64,000 nucleotides of DNA from Selaginella moellendorffii (lineage: Eukaryota > Plantae > Lycopodiophyta): the NCBI RefSeq assembly GCF_000143415.4, contig NW_003314265.1, forward strand, positions 820,405 to 884,404, given 5' to 3'. The notes beneath the pieces were generated by a model that was not told the DNA's origin, did not search any database, and saw only the letters and a list, made by a program, of their open reading frames with translations. Below, piece after piece: positions 46,104-58,688 of the stretch. Numbering within the stretch: the first letter of the stretch is position 1; every line of letters starts with the position of its first letter. Made by a program: the position numbers and the translations under genes.

Positions 46104-48269
46104 ATGGGACTGCTCTTGCTGCTGCTGCTATGGCTATGTGCTGCTCAAGCCCGGGACTCTTCGTCTTTGTTTGTCAAGGTTGCTCACCACCGAAGCCAGA
46201 TAAGGAGGAGTTTCAAGTTTCCATCTCGAGCATTCGGGGAGAGGACGGAGGATATCAGGCTCATTGGGAATGCGGCAGTGATGGGGGATGGATCGATAAG
46301 AATTCCAGCTCAGGATGCGCAAGCCAACCAAGCGGGACGAGCGCTCTTTGCATCGCCAGTCCGGATGTGGGATCCAAACACCAGCATCCCGGCCTCGTTC
46401 GACACTACCTTCTCCTTCGTCATCCAGAGCTCTTCGTCGTCCACAAGCCATGAAACTGGTGGAGGCCTGGCTTTTATCATAGCTCCGGATGAAATGACGG
46501 TTGGTCGAGACGCTGGCTATCTGGGAATGCTCAACGATGCGTGCGTCCACCACCGGCGAGGCAACAGCAGCGAGGGTAGGCGTCCCGTGATCGCGGTGGA
46601 GTTTGACACTTTCAAAGACGACGAGTTTGGCGATCCCAATGACAACCATGTTGGCCTGAACTTGGGAAGCGTCATATCCAACGAGACGGCCGATCTCTCC
46701 AACGCGGGAGTGTTCCTGAGGAACGGCTCGTCTGTGACTGCCAGGATCAGCTACGACAGCTCCATCCAGCACCTCCAAGTTCGAGTGAGCTCCACTCATT
46801 CCTCGCGCGACCCCGAGTTTGATCCGGCCAAGCAAGACAGCTTACTCGACGACGATCAGGTTCTTCCACTGATTTCCACGCCGGTCGATCTCTCCAGCTT
46901 TCTCAAGGAGTACATGTTCGTCGGCTTCACGGCTTCCACCGGTGCCGAGGCTCTCTCCCACAGCATCCTCTCGTGGACCTTCTCGTGTGCCAGCCACGCC
47001 GTCCAGAGGTTCCCGCCGGTGACTCTCAGCAACAGCAAGGAAACCATCTCCCACCGAGAGGAATGCGAAGACGCCATCGTGGAGGACAAGTTCGACCACG
47101 CCAGCGGCAGAAAGGGCCATCCCCCGGCCATCTTCTTCGTGTTCGTCAGCGTAAGTGCTACCGTCCTCTCGCTGGTTCTCATCGTGCTCGTTTCTTGGCG
47201 AAGGAACAGAGCTCACTCGAGCAAAAGCATTAGTGCTAGTATTAGTGGCGGTGGTGGTGATCCATGGAGCATGCCAGTCGTGATGCTCCCAAGGCCGAGG
47301 CCGCTCCACAGGCCCCGAGAGTTTGATCTTCCTGAGCTGGTGGTAGCAACCGGGGACTTCGCCGAGAAGCAGAAGCTCGGGCAGGGGCCGCTCGGAGTAG
47401 TTTACAGGGGAAGCTTGCAGGATGGCAGCTTGGTAGCGATCAAAGTTCTCAGCAACGTCTGGCCGGTCTCGTCCTCAGGTGTGCTGTGCGTGCCGAGCTT
47501 GAACATGAGCAAGAACAGGAAGCGCAAGCAGCAGCTCATCTCGGAGATCCTCCCGGCTTTCAGCAAGCTCAGGCATCCCCGGTTGGTTCCAGTCCGGGGT
47601 TGGTGCGAGTCAGGCCCGGATCTCATGGTGGTTTACGAGTACATGCCCAACGCGAGCCTGGATAAGTGGCTCCATCCCGCGGAAGCTCTCCTGGCGCTGC
47701 CGTGGATCCACCGCTGGAAGCTGGCAGGGGACGTAGCCGCGGCGCTCCTCCATCTCCACATGTCGAACTTCCTCCACGGCCGCGTCAAGTCGAGCAACGT
47801 TCTCATGGATATCACCTTCCAGGCCCGGCTCGGTGACTTTGGCTTGCTCGGCTCGAGCTCCTCGCGAGCTCCAAGCTCTTCGGATCATCATCCTCAGCCA
47901 GAGTATCATCTTCCTCCGGAGGCGAGCTCCTCCTCGGATCCGTGGACCCGAGAGATGGACGTCTATGGATTTGGGATCGTTTGCCTGGAGCTCGTCTCCG
48001 GGGGTCCTCCAAGTTCCGAGGAGGGTGGGTCTCTGGTGGATCGAGCGTGGCTGCTACACGAGCGGGGGTGTGGGATTGGAGAGCTGGTCGATCCGAAGCT
48101 TGGGGGAAGCTTCGTGTTTGATCAGGCAATGACCCTCTATGGAGTTGGATTGCTTTGCTCTCATCCGGATCCGAGATCCAGGCCCGCGATGGAAGGCGTG
48201 GCGCGCTTGCTGGAGCGCAGGACGGACATTCCCCCTATCCCGGCAAGAACTCCCGCGAGGTGTGATTAA
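46104..48269 (+). CDS. L-type (legume) lectin receptor-like kinase, probable pseudokinase
   Basis: Signal peptide, lectin motifs (ASFDTTFSF, GGGLAFII, AVEFDT, DPNDNHVG, MFVGFTASTG), TM helix, and kinase with VAIK, HGRVKSSN and LGDFG. Confidence 0.92.
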   Translation: MGLLLLLLLWLCAAQARDSSSLFVKVAHHRSQIRRSFKFPSRAFGERTEDIRLIGNAAVMGDGSIRIPAQDAQANQAGRALFASPVRMWDPNTSIPASFDTTFSFVIQSSSSSTSHETGGGLAFIIAPDEMTVGRDAGYLGMLNDACVHHRRGNSSEGRRPVIAVEFDTFKDDEFGDPNDNHVGLNLGSVISNETADLSNAGVFLRNGSSVTARISYDSSIQHLQVRVSSTHSSRDPEFDPAKQDSLLDDDQVLPLISTPVDLSSFLKEYMFVGFTASTGAEALSHSILSWTFSCASHAVQRFPPVTLSNSKETISHREECEDAIVEDKFDHASGRKGHPPAIFFVFVSVSATVLSLVLIVLVSWRRNRAHSSKSISASISGGGGDPWSMPVVMLPRPRPLHRPREFDLPELVVATGDFAEKQKLGQGPLGVVYRGSLQDGSLVAIKVLSNVWPVSSSGVLCVPSLNMSKNRKRKQQLISEILPAFSKLRHPRLVPVRGWCESGPDLMVVYEYMPNASLDKWLHPAEALLALPWIHRWKLAGDVAAALLHLHMSNFLHGRVKSSNVLMDITFQARLGDFGLLGSSSSRAPSSSDHHPQPEYHLPPEASSSSDPWTREMDVYGFGIVCLELVSGGPPSSEEGGSLVDRAWLLHERGCGIGELVDPKLGGSFVFDQAMTLYGVGLLCSHPDPRSRPAMEGVARLLERRTDIPPIPARTPARCD

Positions 48270-48564
48270 CGTGATTAATGTGTAAAGGTGGCCATGCAAC
48301 TCTGCAAGGAGACGCATTTTTTTTCTGATCTATCGTTCGCGCATTGTGGGAAAGGAAACAAAAACCGTTAATGGATAGTGTTTTCTTCCTACTAAAGTAA
48401 CGTGTAAGATAAAAGGTGTTCTAGGGCACATTTCTTTTATAAGGGTTGTCATTATCTTAAGCTTCTATCACTGTAACCCTTACCGTCAGATTTTGGGCAT
48501 CCAACGGTGGCCATATGCCCTAAATCCTGGACGGCCTAGAACCCTAAATCTTCTTTTCCTTAGG

Positions 48565-48573
48565 AAACCCTAG
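48565..48573 (+). promoter_or_regulatory. Telo-box-like element upstream of RPL10A
   Basis: AAACCCTAG about 30 bp before the ATG, with another AACCCTAA near 48540. Telo-boxes are typical of plant ribosomal-protein promoters. Confidence 0.6.
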
Positions 48574-48601
48574 CAGCGGCGGAGGCGGAGGCGGGGGCGC
48601 G

Positions 48602-49440
48602 ATGAGGTGAGCGTAGTGTGTGCGCTCTGTTTCTTCCCTCCTGACTCTCGCTCTTGTCGATGTGTGCAGTAAGCTCCAGGCCGATTCTCTTCGGGAGGCC
48701 ATCTCCCAGATCTTCACGGAATGCCGGGAGAAGAAGCGCAAGTTCCCCGAGACGATCGAGCTCCAGATCGGTCTCAAGAACTACGACCCGCAGAAGGACA
48801 AGCGTTTCAGCGGCTCGGTGAAGCTGCCTCACATTGCCCGGCCCAAGATGAGAGTGTGCATGCTCGGTGATGCGCAGCATGTAGGGGAGGTAAGATTGAG
48901 CGCCCTGTCTCCTTTTGTTGCCGGATTGAATCACTGGTCCGTTGCTTTTTTTGCACAGGCCGAGAAGATCGGTCTGGACTACATGGATCTGGAGGGGCTG
49001 AAGAAGATGAACAAGAACAAGAAGCTCGTGAAGAAGCTGGCAAAGAAGTACCACGCTTTCCTGGCTTCGGAGGCGGTGATCAAGCTCATCCCTCGGCTGC
49101 TCGGCCCGGGCCTCAACAAGGCGGGCAAGTTCCCCACTCTGGTGTCGCACCAGGAGAGCTTGGAGAGCAAGCTGAACGAAACCAAGGCCATGGTCAAGTT
49201 CCAGCTCAAAAAGGTTTTGTGCATGGGAGTAGCGGTGGGCAACATCGAGATGGAGGAGAAGCAGGTCTTCCAGAACGTTCAGCTCAGCGTTAACTTCCTC
49301 GTCTCGCTGCTCAAGAAGAACTGGCAAAACGTAAGTAGTAGTAGCGCTTCTCTCTTTTCTCGTGGCTTAACTTCGATTGATTCCAGGTGAGGGTGCTTTA
49401 CTTGAAGAGTACAATGGGCAAGCCAGTTCGCATCTTCTGA
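48602..49440 (+). CDS. RPL10A: 60S ribosomal protein L10a (uL1)
   Basis: 5-nt first exon ATGAG, then [43 protein letters not shown] and [11 protein letters not shown]...KSTMG. Confidence 0.98.
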
Positions 49441-49659
49441 TCGATCACTCACTTTCTACTGTGCAAGTTTTGTAATCCCGAAACCAAGAAATGCGAGAAA
49501 GATGTTTCCAAAGTGTGTATTCTAATTTATCTGATGGATATACCCAAGAATAATCACCGGACGGTAAAGGATAAACATAGCCAGGTACGGTAAAGGATAT
49601 ACCTTAGTATAATCACGTAATGAATATACCCAAGAATAATCACCGGTTTGAACGAAGGT

Positions 49660-51075
49660 CTATGATTTCTTCCTGTAGAGGCTGGCGAGCTCGACGTAGC
49701 CCGCCGGATCGCCGGGGCGGAGATCCAGCAGCCGGCCAGCGGCGCGCTGCCCTCGCCCGCGATCGCCAAATGTCTTGCAAGCTCCCAGGTACGCCCTCCA
49801 CAGCCGCGCGTCCGACTGGAGGTGCTCCACCGGGAGAGTGGCGATCATCTCCTCCGCCGCGTCCAGCCACCCGGCCCGCCCCAGCAGATCCAGCAGGCAA
49901 CCGTGGCACTCGGGCGTGGCGGCGATGCCGTGGTCCTGCGTCATGGCCGCGAAGTAGTCGAGCGCCTGGGCGGTGAGCCCGGCGTGGCTGCACGCCGCCA
50001 GCAGCGACACGAAGCTCACCGAGTCGGGCTCCACGCCGTGCTGCTGCATCGCCCGGAAGAGATCGAAGGAGCGCTCGACGTCCCCGGCGCGCGCCCAGGC
50101 GGAGATGATCGCCGTCCAGGAGATGACGTTGGGCGCCGCCATGGCGGCGAAGGTGGCGGCGGCGGCGGCGGGGCTCCCGCAGGTGCCGTACATGTGGACG
50201 AGCGCGTTGGCGACGCGGACATCGGCGTCGAGGCCCGCCTGGATGACGGCGGCGGCGATGGCGGCGCCGTACGGGAGCGCGCTCTCGTCCGCGCACGCCG
50301 AGAGCACGGTGATGGCGGTGATCTCGTCCAGCGCCTGGCCGTCGAGGAGCATGGCGCGGCACAGGCGGAGCGCGTCCTCGGCGCGCGCGTGCTGCGCCAG
50401 CACCGCCATCATCGCCGTCCACGCCACCTTGTCCCTGGCTGCGATGGCGGAGAAGACGGCCCTCGCCTCGTCCAGGCTGCCGCAGCGCGAGTACATCTTG
50501 AGCAGCGCGGTGGCGACGATCACGTTGGATTCCTGGAAGCCCAGCTCGCGGATGAGCCCGTGGATCCAGCGCCCGTGCGCCAGGAACTCCGCCCCGGCGG
50601 AGGAGCACATCGACAGGACGTCCACGAAGGTGATGCTGTTGGGGCGGACGCCGGCGAGGAGCATGGCACGGAAGAGCGCGAGGGCGGCGGCGGGGCGGTG
50701 GTGGCGCGTGTAGGCGGCGATCATGGCGGTCCACATTGTGACGCTGGTGACGCGGCGGGAGAGCTTGTCGAAGATCTCGCGCGCCTCGCCCAGGCAGCCG
50801 CATTTGAGATACATGTGGAGGAGATTGATGCGGAGGTGGATGTGCTGCTCCAGGCGCGCGTGGAGGATGAGGCGGTGGATCTTCTTACCGGTAGCGCCGT
50901 CGCGGGCGGCGGTGCACGCCTGGAGGAGCCGCCCATACTCGGCGGCGCTGGCGGGGCGCGTTGGCAGCGGCAGCGGCGGCGCAGCTGGCGCTGGTGGTAG
51001 TTGCTGGCGATGCCGGTGCTCCAATTGGCGCCCGAGCTCTGGATTTTGGAGCTGTGGAGAGGAGGAAAGGAGCAT
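49660..51075 (-). CDS. PLS-class PPR protein with E-type end, no DYW
   Basis: Intronless and very GC-rich. P-L-S triplets (TALLKMYSRCGSLDEARAVF; PNVISWTAIISA; SFVSLLAACSHAG; CLLDLLGRAG; GYVELASLY). Confidence 0.92.
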   Translation of the reverse strand: MLLSSSPQLQNPELGRQLEHRHRQQLPPAPAAPPLPLPTRPASAAEYGRLLQACTAARDGATGKKIHRLILHARLEQHIHLRINLLHMYLKCGCLGEAREIFDKLSRRVTSVTMWTAMIAAYTRHHRPAAALALFRAMLLAGVRPNSITFVDVLSMCSSAGAEFLAHGRWIHGLIRELGFQESNVIVATALLKMYSRCGSLDEARAVFSAIAARDKVAWTAMMAVLAQHARAEDALRLCRAMLLDGQALDEITAITVLSACADESALPYGAAIAAAVIQAGLDADVRVANALVHMYGTCGSPAAAAATFAAMAAPNVISWTAIISAWARAGDVERSFDLFRAMQQHGVEPDSVSFVSLLAACSHAGLTAQALDYFAAMTQDHGIAATPECHGCLLDLLGRAGWLDAAEEMIATLPVEHLQSDARLWRAYLGACKTFGDRGRGQRAAGRLLDLRPGDPAGYVELASLYRKKS

Positions 51076-51170
51076 CACAGAACATTAGGGTTCTTGGAAT
51101 GATTTGATACCGAGAATATTCCAAGTATGAACATAGAATTTTTCCAGTGACACTAAAGAATACTTTTCTT

Positions 51171-54100
51171 CTACGAGAAGAGAAGCTCAAACTCGTTTAG
51201 CCGGAGGTTTTGCTTGTCCGTCCGAATGCATCCCGCGACATCCAGTCCAGCCTTGCCCGTCTTGGAGCCTCTGGAAATCATCCATTAGAGATCGTGATTC
51301 TTCCTGCCTTGTTCTACTCACCGGTTCTCTCCATCCGGTGATAGAGCCGAGCTCCCGAAATTTCTACTCCGGAAGAGCTTTAGAATGTTGGCTTCCACGG
51401 AGTTCTCAACGTAGAGCCTGCGAGGAGATTAGATTTCTAATGACTCGTGGATATGGCAAAATACCTTTTGATTACAACGGGGCGTTCTTGGCCCATCCGC
51501 CAGCACCGCCCCACAGCCTGCTCTTCGAGCTGAAGCAACGAAAACGCTGGATGCGTGAGCGAGGCAGCGAAGGAATGAAAACTCTTACCGCTGGATTGAG
51601 GCATGGTTCTAGCTGCAAGCAGCAAGGAAACGTTAGTTGGGTCATCCAAAGAACATCGAATGCTCGTACCATGTAAACGTGAGAAGCGGCCGTGAGTGTT
51701 ATGCCCACGGCACCGGTTCGTATCGACAACAAGAAGACGGTGGTAGGAGACTCCTGTTTCCATTAAGTCAGTTCCAATTCCTTGTCGTAACAATCCAAAC
51801 CTTTTGAAAAGCTTCGATGGCTTGTGCTCGCTTCTTCATTGGCATGTCCCCACTGATGAACCTATAGTTGATTCCTTGCTTCTTGAACTGACACTTGAGC
51901 CACGCGACTGTTTGCATGAACTGGCTGAAGATCAACACCTGCAATAGTACCACCGGGTAACCAAGGTTCTCTAGTTTGAGTTAAATTCACCTTGGCGCCA
52001 CTGTTGTCGGCTCTAATCGCAGCCAGATCCGCAAGCAGCGTCCTCAACTTGGACTCCATCCGGACACCTTTCACAGGGGCGGGTTCTTCTTCGCCACCTT
52101 CTCCTCCAGCAGCTCCAAATGGAGGGATATCCGTGGCAGGCGAAGAAACAGTAGCTGCATTCCTCAGGTTGTTCACGGATATGGGAGTGGAGCATGTTGG
52201 ACAAGGTTGGATCCCTACACCAAGAACCGAGATCACGCACTCCGAGCAGAACCTGTTAGAGAAGAGCTATAAAGATAAGTTTTTTTCATGATTCAAACAT
52301 ACCAGTGACCGCATGGTGTTTTAGTGGGGTACTCCATCAATTCCGAGCAAATCCCACACTCTCCAATGCCATGCGTCTCCGGCAGCGATCCTATGCTAGG
52401 ATTAACGAAAGCACCAGCCGCCTCCTTTTTCTCCATGGGAACAAGCTCTTCATTGGACACAAAGCCTCCGCTACAGAGCCTGTCACGAGGAGAAGTTCTT
52501 AGTAAACAACACCAGACATGGTTTCAAGCTTTAAAGTCTCACCTTCGAAGCGGTAGCAGGAGCGACATTATCTGTAGGATGTTCTTGCTCACGACTGTCG
52601 GGCCCCAACATCGAAATTGCTCGAACTTTGTGATCACCTTCTGGTACACCGCATCGTAGACAGCCCGCTCCTCGGGAGTGAACGTGACAGGGAGATCCTG
52701 CTCCGTTTTGGGCGGTAGCATCAGCAGCTCCCTCCCGTTGAACTTCTGCTGCTTGGTGTGCCTCACCATAATCTGATTATGAAGGAAAGATGGCAGGGGT
52801 TTGGGTGTCGTTAATGGAAGATGTTGGTGTTGGTTCCTTTGTTATATGATAAATCCCGTCTTCAGAACTCAACCGTTAAAGAATCTTGTACCTTGTTTAG
52901 CGTCCACAACAATGCGGTCTGGTCGTCGTTCTTACAGTGCCGCTCGTACGGACGCCCGATCTTTTTCCTAAAAACGTTCTTATTGTCAAGAGGTTCCAGC
53001 TTCAAGAACAAGAACTACGAAACATAAAATCAGTAAATTCAGTAACGCATGTAACTGCACGAATGTAGCTGCTTACTTGGCCATACAAATCGTATATGCT
53101 GGTGTTGATCGGTGTTCCTGTACAGCACCAGCGGCGGTTCGCTTTCAGCCTAGTGCAGGCGCGGGAGTGCAATGGAGCTGGATCTTTCACCTTGTTAGAC
53201 AAAGAGAAGGAAAACGAAAAAGAAAGAAAACAAAAACGAAGATGAGAAAGCCTGTATAGTTGTAAGAACTACAAGACTTACTGTGTGTGATTCATCTAGG
53301 ACGACTCTCCACCAATCCACGCTGAGAAGAGGACAGAATTGTTCCGCAAAATCTGAGCCATGCCGCGTTGCCTGCGTTGCTTTACTGAAGTCGCTTCCCA
53401 GTGTTGCATACGTCGTGATTACCTGAGAAATGTAAAACAACAAAGCTCATCAACAAACTCTTTCTCAAGATCATACATACAAGATCAAACTTCGCAAGTT
53501 TCTTAGGATCACGAATCCTTTTCGAACCATGGTACATGTAAATGCTGCGATTGCATGCCGGATCCAATTTGCTTTTCACCTCGTTCGCCCATTGTCCAAC
53601 AATCGAAACCGGACAAACCACTGGAGAAGAAAAAAGCAACACAAAATAAAATACAAGAAAGCTACACGAGACGAATGATCTGACATGGAAGTCACCTAAA
53701 GTTCCTCGCGATGTTAGAGGTGTGTCACACCGATCAGCAGGGCAAGGATTTGCAAGAATGAGCGCTAAAATCTGTCAAACTAAATCAAATGTTACTCCGG
53801 AAAAAAAAAAGAAAAAAAAAACGATGCTAGTACCTCGATAGTTTTGCCAAGCCCCATCTCCTCGCAAAGAAACCCCCCACGGATCTCCCCTTCCTTGAAG
53901 TCCATTAGGTGGGCGAGCGATGACGAGTACATCAACTGGCTTCCATCTTGTGGGCAATGGAGCTCTTGATAGTTGACGCTCAAAAGCCCGCCTTCTCGCT
54001 GCTCCGCGTCGAGCATGAACTGCAAAGATTGGAGCTGGTAGGGGCGCAGCGGCACCGTCAATCCGCTGGGCTGCTCCGCCTCGCAGTAGACGTTGTTCTC

Positions 54101-54903
54101 CAGGTCGCGGAGGAGCCCCGAGAAGGACATCCAGTCGGTGCTGGATCGCCCCCACTGCCGCATCTCCTCCACCTCGGCCAAGCTCTGCTGCAAGTAAAGA
54201 TCCCCCGGGAACATCCTCTGGAGCGTTTCGTTGAGGACGAGCGGCTCCTCGCCGCGTTCTTTCTTCAAGAACACTTTGACCTCCACCCTGTCGCTCAGCT
54301 CCGTGGCGATGGTCGCCATTTGCCCCTGCGCTTCGTTGAGCCTGGATCGGGCCATGGTGGATCAAGAGGAGGGGAGGGAAAAAGAAGAAAATCCAAGGCG
54401 CGAGAGATCCTTACGCGAGCTCGTCGAGCAGCGCCTTGTGCTGGCCCCGGATGAGATCCAGCGGGTTGTGATCGCCGCCGCCGCCGCCATCGACATCGAA
54501 GCCCGGGAGCTGGAATTCTTTGCCCTCGCCCTCGTCGATTGGCACGCAAATAGCCCCAAATTCAAACCACCTGTTCTTCGCGCCCGCGCCATAAAAGAAA
54601 ATATTTCCAGCCATCAGCTCAAATGCGATGATCCATCGCAAGAACTTACACTGGATCGCTGGACGGATCCTTGCGCGGCTTGCCGCCGCCACAGCCCACC
54701 GCCCCGCCGCCTCCGCCGCCGCCGATCGACGAGGGCGAGAATGGCGGCACATCGCAGAAGAGGAAGTGGCTGTCATCGGCGGTGGCGGCGCCCACGAAAT
54801 CGAGATCGCTGCTAAAGAGGCTGCTGTCGAGCGTGTCGTAGTGGATCCGTGGCTTCTTCTCGGGGAAGAAGATGAAATCATCGGAAGCTGGAGAAGAAGC
54901 CAT
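51171..54903 (-). CDS. RAD5/RAD16-like SNF2 helicase with internal C3HC4 RING
   Basis: GGFLCEEMGLGKT, VCPVSIVGQW, LDESH, WCCTGTP, MVRHTK, RING CGIC...CGH..C..C...CPTC, VLIFSQF, GITLTAAS and EEQAVGRCWRMGQ. Confidence 0.9.
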
Positions 54904-55318
54904 GGATAGAATATACCCTCCTCCGTGCGCAGTCTTTTATACAGTAACGAATACAAAGTATATACAATGAGTAATACAGATCCGGTCCGATCCGCGAAAT
55001 CCGATATCCCGTTAACAAACTCTCGCATCTCGCCACATGGCGCAGTTACTGTCCGGAGCTCAACTGAAGTAATATCCCCGAATCTTTTCGTCGCATGGGT
55101 TTCCAATACTCGCAACTTACCATATCATATCATAGATTGATTGATCAGTGAAGACCATTATAGGAATTTTTGCTTCATTCGATCAGAGCTAGAAAGGAGT
55201 TACAAAGCTTATTTCTCTCTGCCTGGCGTGATGTTACCAACATTTCTCGTTTTCACTCTCATGATCTGGTAGAAATCTTGCCAATCTCCATTTCTTCCTT
55301 GGTTTTTTCTTGGATCTT

Positions 55319-55760
55319 CTACTTTGGGCCAACGCTGGCAGTCGCGACTTGGACATCAAACGTCTTGGGCTTGTGAGGCTCCGGCGGCGGCACTTTGGGC
55401 ACGGTGACGGTGAGGAGACCGTCCTGGCACGACGCGGACACAGCCTCGAGATTGGCATTGGCCGGGAGATTGAACTTCCTCATGAACTTCCCTACTGCTC
55501 GCTCCACTCTCACGTACTTGACGTCCACATTGGGCCCGTCCTCGCGCTTGCGCTCGCCGCTGATCTTGAGGATGCTGTCATTCTCGATTTGGACCTATGA
55601 TTGATGATCACCGCAATGAACCAACCAGGAAAACCGATGAAAATCCATTTTTTTCCTGGAGAGTACTAACCTTGATGTCGCTGTTCTTGAGGCCTGGAAC
55701 GTCCGCCACGAAGACGTAGCACGCGGGGAGCTCTTTCACATCCACCGAAGTGTTGGCCAT
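55319..55760 (-). CDS. Small heat-shock protein (class II/III-like alpha-crystallin domain); start uncertain
   Basis: [22 protein letters not shown], intron at about 55670-55596, then [35 protein letters not shown] and the C-terminal VQV motif. Confidence 0.85.
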
Positions 55761-56757
55761 GGAAAGCTCGGGGCCAATCCCAGAGATGTTGCTAGCGCCC
55801 GATCCGGAGCTGACGTTGTTCACCTCCTCCTCCTCCGGGATGGTGGAGTAGAGATCCGCGTAGTCGGTGTCGACGTAGCGGTTGTAGTCCAGGAAGCAAT
55901 TGTGGACGTAGTGGAAGTGCTCGCCAGGCGAGAGCGACCGCGACCGCGATTTGCTGCGCTCCCGATCGACGAGCACGCCGGTGCCCTGGTAGATGCTGCG
56001 CTTGCGGTTGTCGGCTGTCCAATTGGTGCGCTTGGTCGCGAGCTCCCTGCGAGCTGCGTTCTGCCGGGCCTCGCGCGACTGCTGTGGCGTGACGCGCTTG
56101 AACTCGTCGAGCGACTCCGTGGTGTGGTGAGGGCGAGATCGCTACCTGTGAGCGCCGATGGCGTCAATGCGGCGTTTTGCGCCATGGATCAACAGTCGCG
56201 CCCTCCCGCGCCCCCCGCCACGACCCTCAAAGCCCTACCTTGGTCTAGAACCCTAAGATCCAAAGTGGCGGGAAATCTCAAAAATCTAACTCATTGGATT
56301 GGCGGGAATTTGGAAAATTTAAATTAGACTTCCAAGGCCACAGCAACGGGAGACTCTTCGAGAGGTTGCTTCATAACAAAGCAACGCTGTGGTGCAGTTG
56401 CCAGTTTCTTGGATGGAATCGAACACGCGACGTGACGCGTTGCCCAAGTGCGGTCCTACGTCAGCGCTCCATTATAAATCACCCGCCACCATCTTTTTGA
56501 ACTCGGTTAATTCCAGCCGCACACGTGGTATAGCTGGAGCTTATCTGACGGTGGCAGTGAATTGAAAGCACTCGGAGCGATTGTTTTATCTTTCCATATT
56601 CCTTCTTCCATCGCTCCTAAAGCGCGCTCTAGGGGCGATAGGGTTTCTCTCTAGGGCCCCGGGGCTAGGCACTGTTTGATCGTCATTCTCGTCCCAGGTG
56701 AGATCATTGCTCCTCTGACCTTGGCGGAGGATTCTTAGGTGGCTTGTGTTGATCAGA

Positions 56758-58478
56758 ATGCAGAAGAGCACGGACGGTCGCCTGGGGGCTGCGCGACGGC
56801 GCTGGAGATCCTTCTTCGTCGGGAGGAGTGATCCTGAGATAGATTTCATGGAGGTGGAGGTAGAGGCGGGGGGCAAATTGCCCTGGATTGGCAAAAATGA
56901 GAATGCCAAGGAAGATAGCACAGGGAGCCCCAGCAAACACACTCACGGGCGGTCCCGGAGATCGTTTGTGCAGGGAATTAGTCAAAGGAGGATCCGTGCA
57001 AAATGGCTTCCTTCCAATGATCAGGTAATCATAGAACTTTGATGTTGTGAGATCTGACGTGACTGAGTCACAGGAGAGCCGGGGTTTTGGAGAGATTTCT
57101 TATGAACAATCTCGAGCGGCTGCAGAGAAACTCCGAGAGGAGAACTTGAAGAAGCAATTGCTTAACGCTGTTGAGAAGGGGGATTGTCCACTCGTCAAAT
57201 CTTTATCCTTGAATGGTGCTTCATTGGAGGTATTTTCGTGATTTGTTTGCTCTAACTAGTGAGAACAAACATAGTGGACAAATGCTGAAGGAATGACTCC
57301 ACTCATGGTTTCGTGCACCCGAGAAGATCTCTTCAGCATGGCACTGACGCTAATAAAATTGGGATGCCTTCCAACAAGTTAAGTTTTCCTTGCTTGTGTG
57401 ATGTTAGTTGATTCTTCGAAATCTGAAAGGTTCCGCGGGAAGATACGCTTTGCACCATGCTGCAAGTTCTGGGCTTATCAACACAGTGGCCTTGCTACTT
57501 TCTTGCGGAGGTCTAACGTAAATTAGTTATAATGCTTGCTGAACTTTCTAACTAGTCTTCCTTTCTTCCTTCATTTTCTTTCTTTGCAGCCGATTCTCTG
57601 GTGGCGAACGATGAAGGTCAAACCCCTCTCGACATAGCTAGAGAAAAGAAACATATAGCAGTGGTACGAATAATAGAGGTATGTTTCACGCTTTGCTTTC
57701 AAATCAATTGCACAAGTCTGGTTTCAGGATTGGGTTTGCTACTTCGGAGGATATTTGCGTGAGCTTTACAACTCCAAAAGCAGCAAGAAGCTTGTCTCCA
57801 AAAAAGTGTAAGCACTCAGCCAAGGAAGATTGTTTTTTGGTCTCTGACATTACATTGAAAACAGCTGGGCCGTCGTATTGCCGACATGCTCGACAGAAAA
57901 TGGAGCTCCAGCAAGGAACGAGCTTGCGTTGTATGCTTCAAGAAAGGTAATGGTCTTGTAGCAGATCTAAACAATTCTACAGAGGAAATGCTGTGGCAGG
58001 GAAATTCGCCAACAAGAGTGGTCTGGCTAGGAAGCTTTACCAGTGAAATACGAGAACCAAACATGGATGCGGCTGATCCTCATCTGGTTATTTTGGACAA
58101 AGTTACCAGTAAGCGATAGTTAACGTATGGTTTTATGTTTGTATCCCTTGTTTCAACAGAGCAAGAGCTTCGATTTCGAGCGGAGATGAGAGGAGATAAA
58201 GATCAAGTTAAGAGATTGCATGTAGCTTGCACACAGGTAATCATTCCAAGTCAGAAAAAAAAACCGAAAGAACAGCTAAAAAAATCTGTGATGCCTTTAT
58301 TTTTCAGGGTGGTGAAGCGCAAATGTCTGTGTATCACAACATAGCTGGAGTTCGTTCAGCTGATGATATCTCTCTTGAGATTGCCATGGAAACATCCATC
58401 CAAACAGCATTGCAAGAGGGAATGCCACTCTCGAAAATGGTTTCCTTGGATCTCAAAAAGAAGAAAATGGTTTTGTAA
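56758..58478 (+). CDS. XBAT34/35-like ankyrin-repeat protein lacking the C-terminal RING
   Basis: Exons GASLE/WTNAEGMTPLMVSC, LHHAASSGL.NTV.LLLS.GAD.LV.NDEGQTPLDIAR, CYFGGYLRELY, WAVVLP...ELALY and GDKDQVKRL..AC parallel XBAT35. Confidence 0.78.
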
Positions 58479-58688
58479 AAAACTCTTGATCAAATTAATA
58501 ATGAACAAATTATACCAAACAAAATTTATAAATACAAAGAATATCTCTATTACACTTCAACTAATCAAAGACATATGATATAGTTATACTAAAATGTCTT
58601 TGATATCTCAAGAAATATATATTTAGAGATTTAGACAATTCAAAGTTTCATCAATTTAAAACAATAAAAGACATTAGAAAAAATTAAT

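Noticed and set aside
49640-51000. Overlapping 250-390 aa ORFs on the GC-rich PPR
   Set aside because: Stop-poor GC-rich sequence; the PPR frame explains it.
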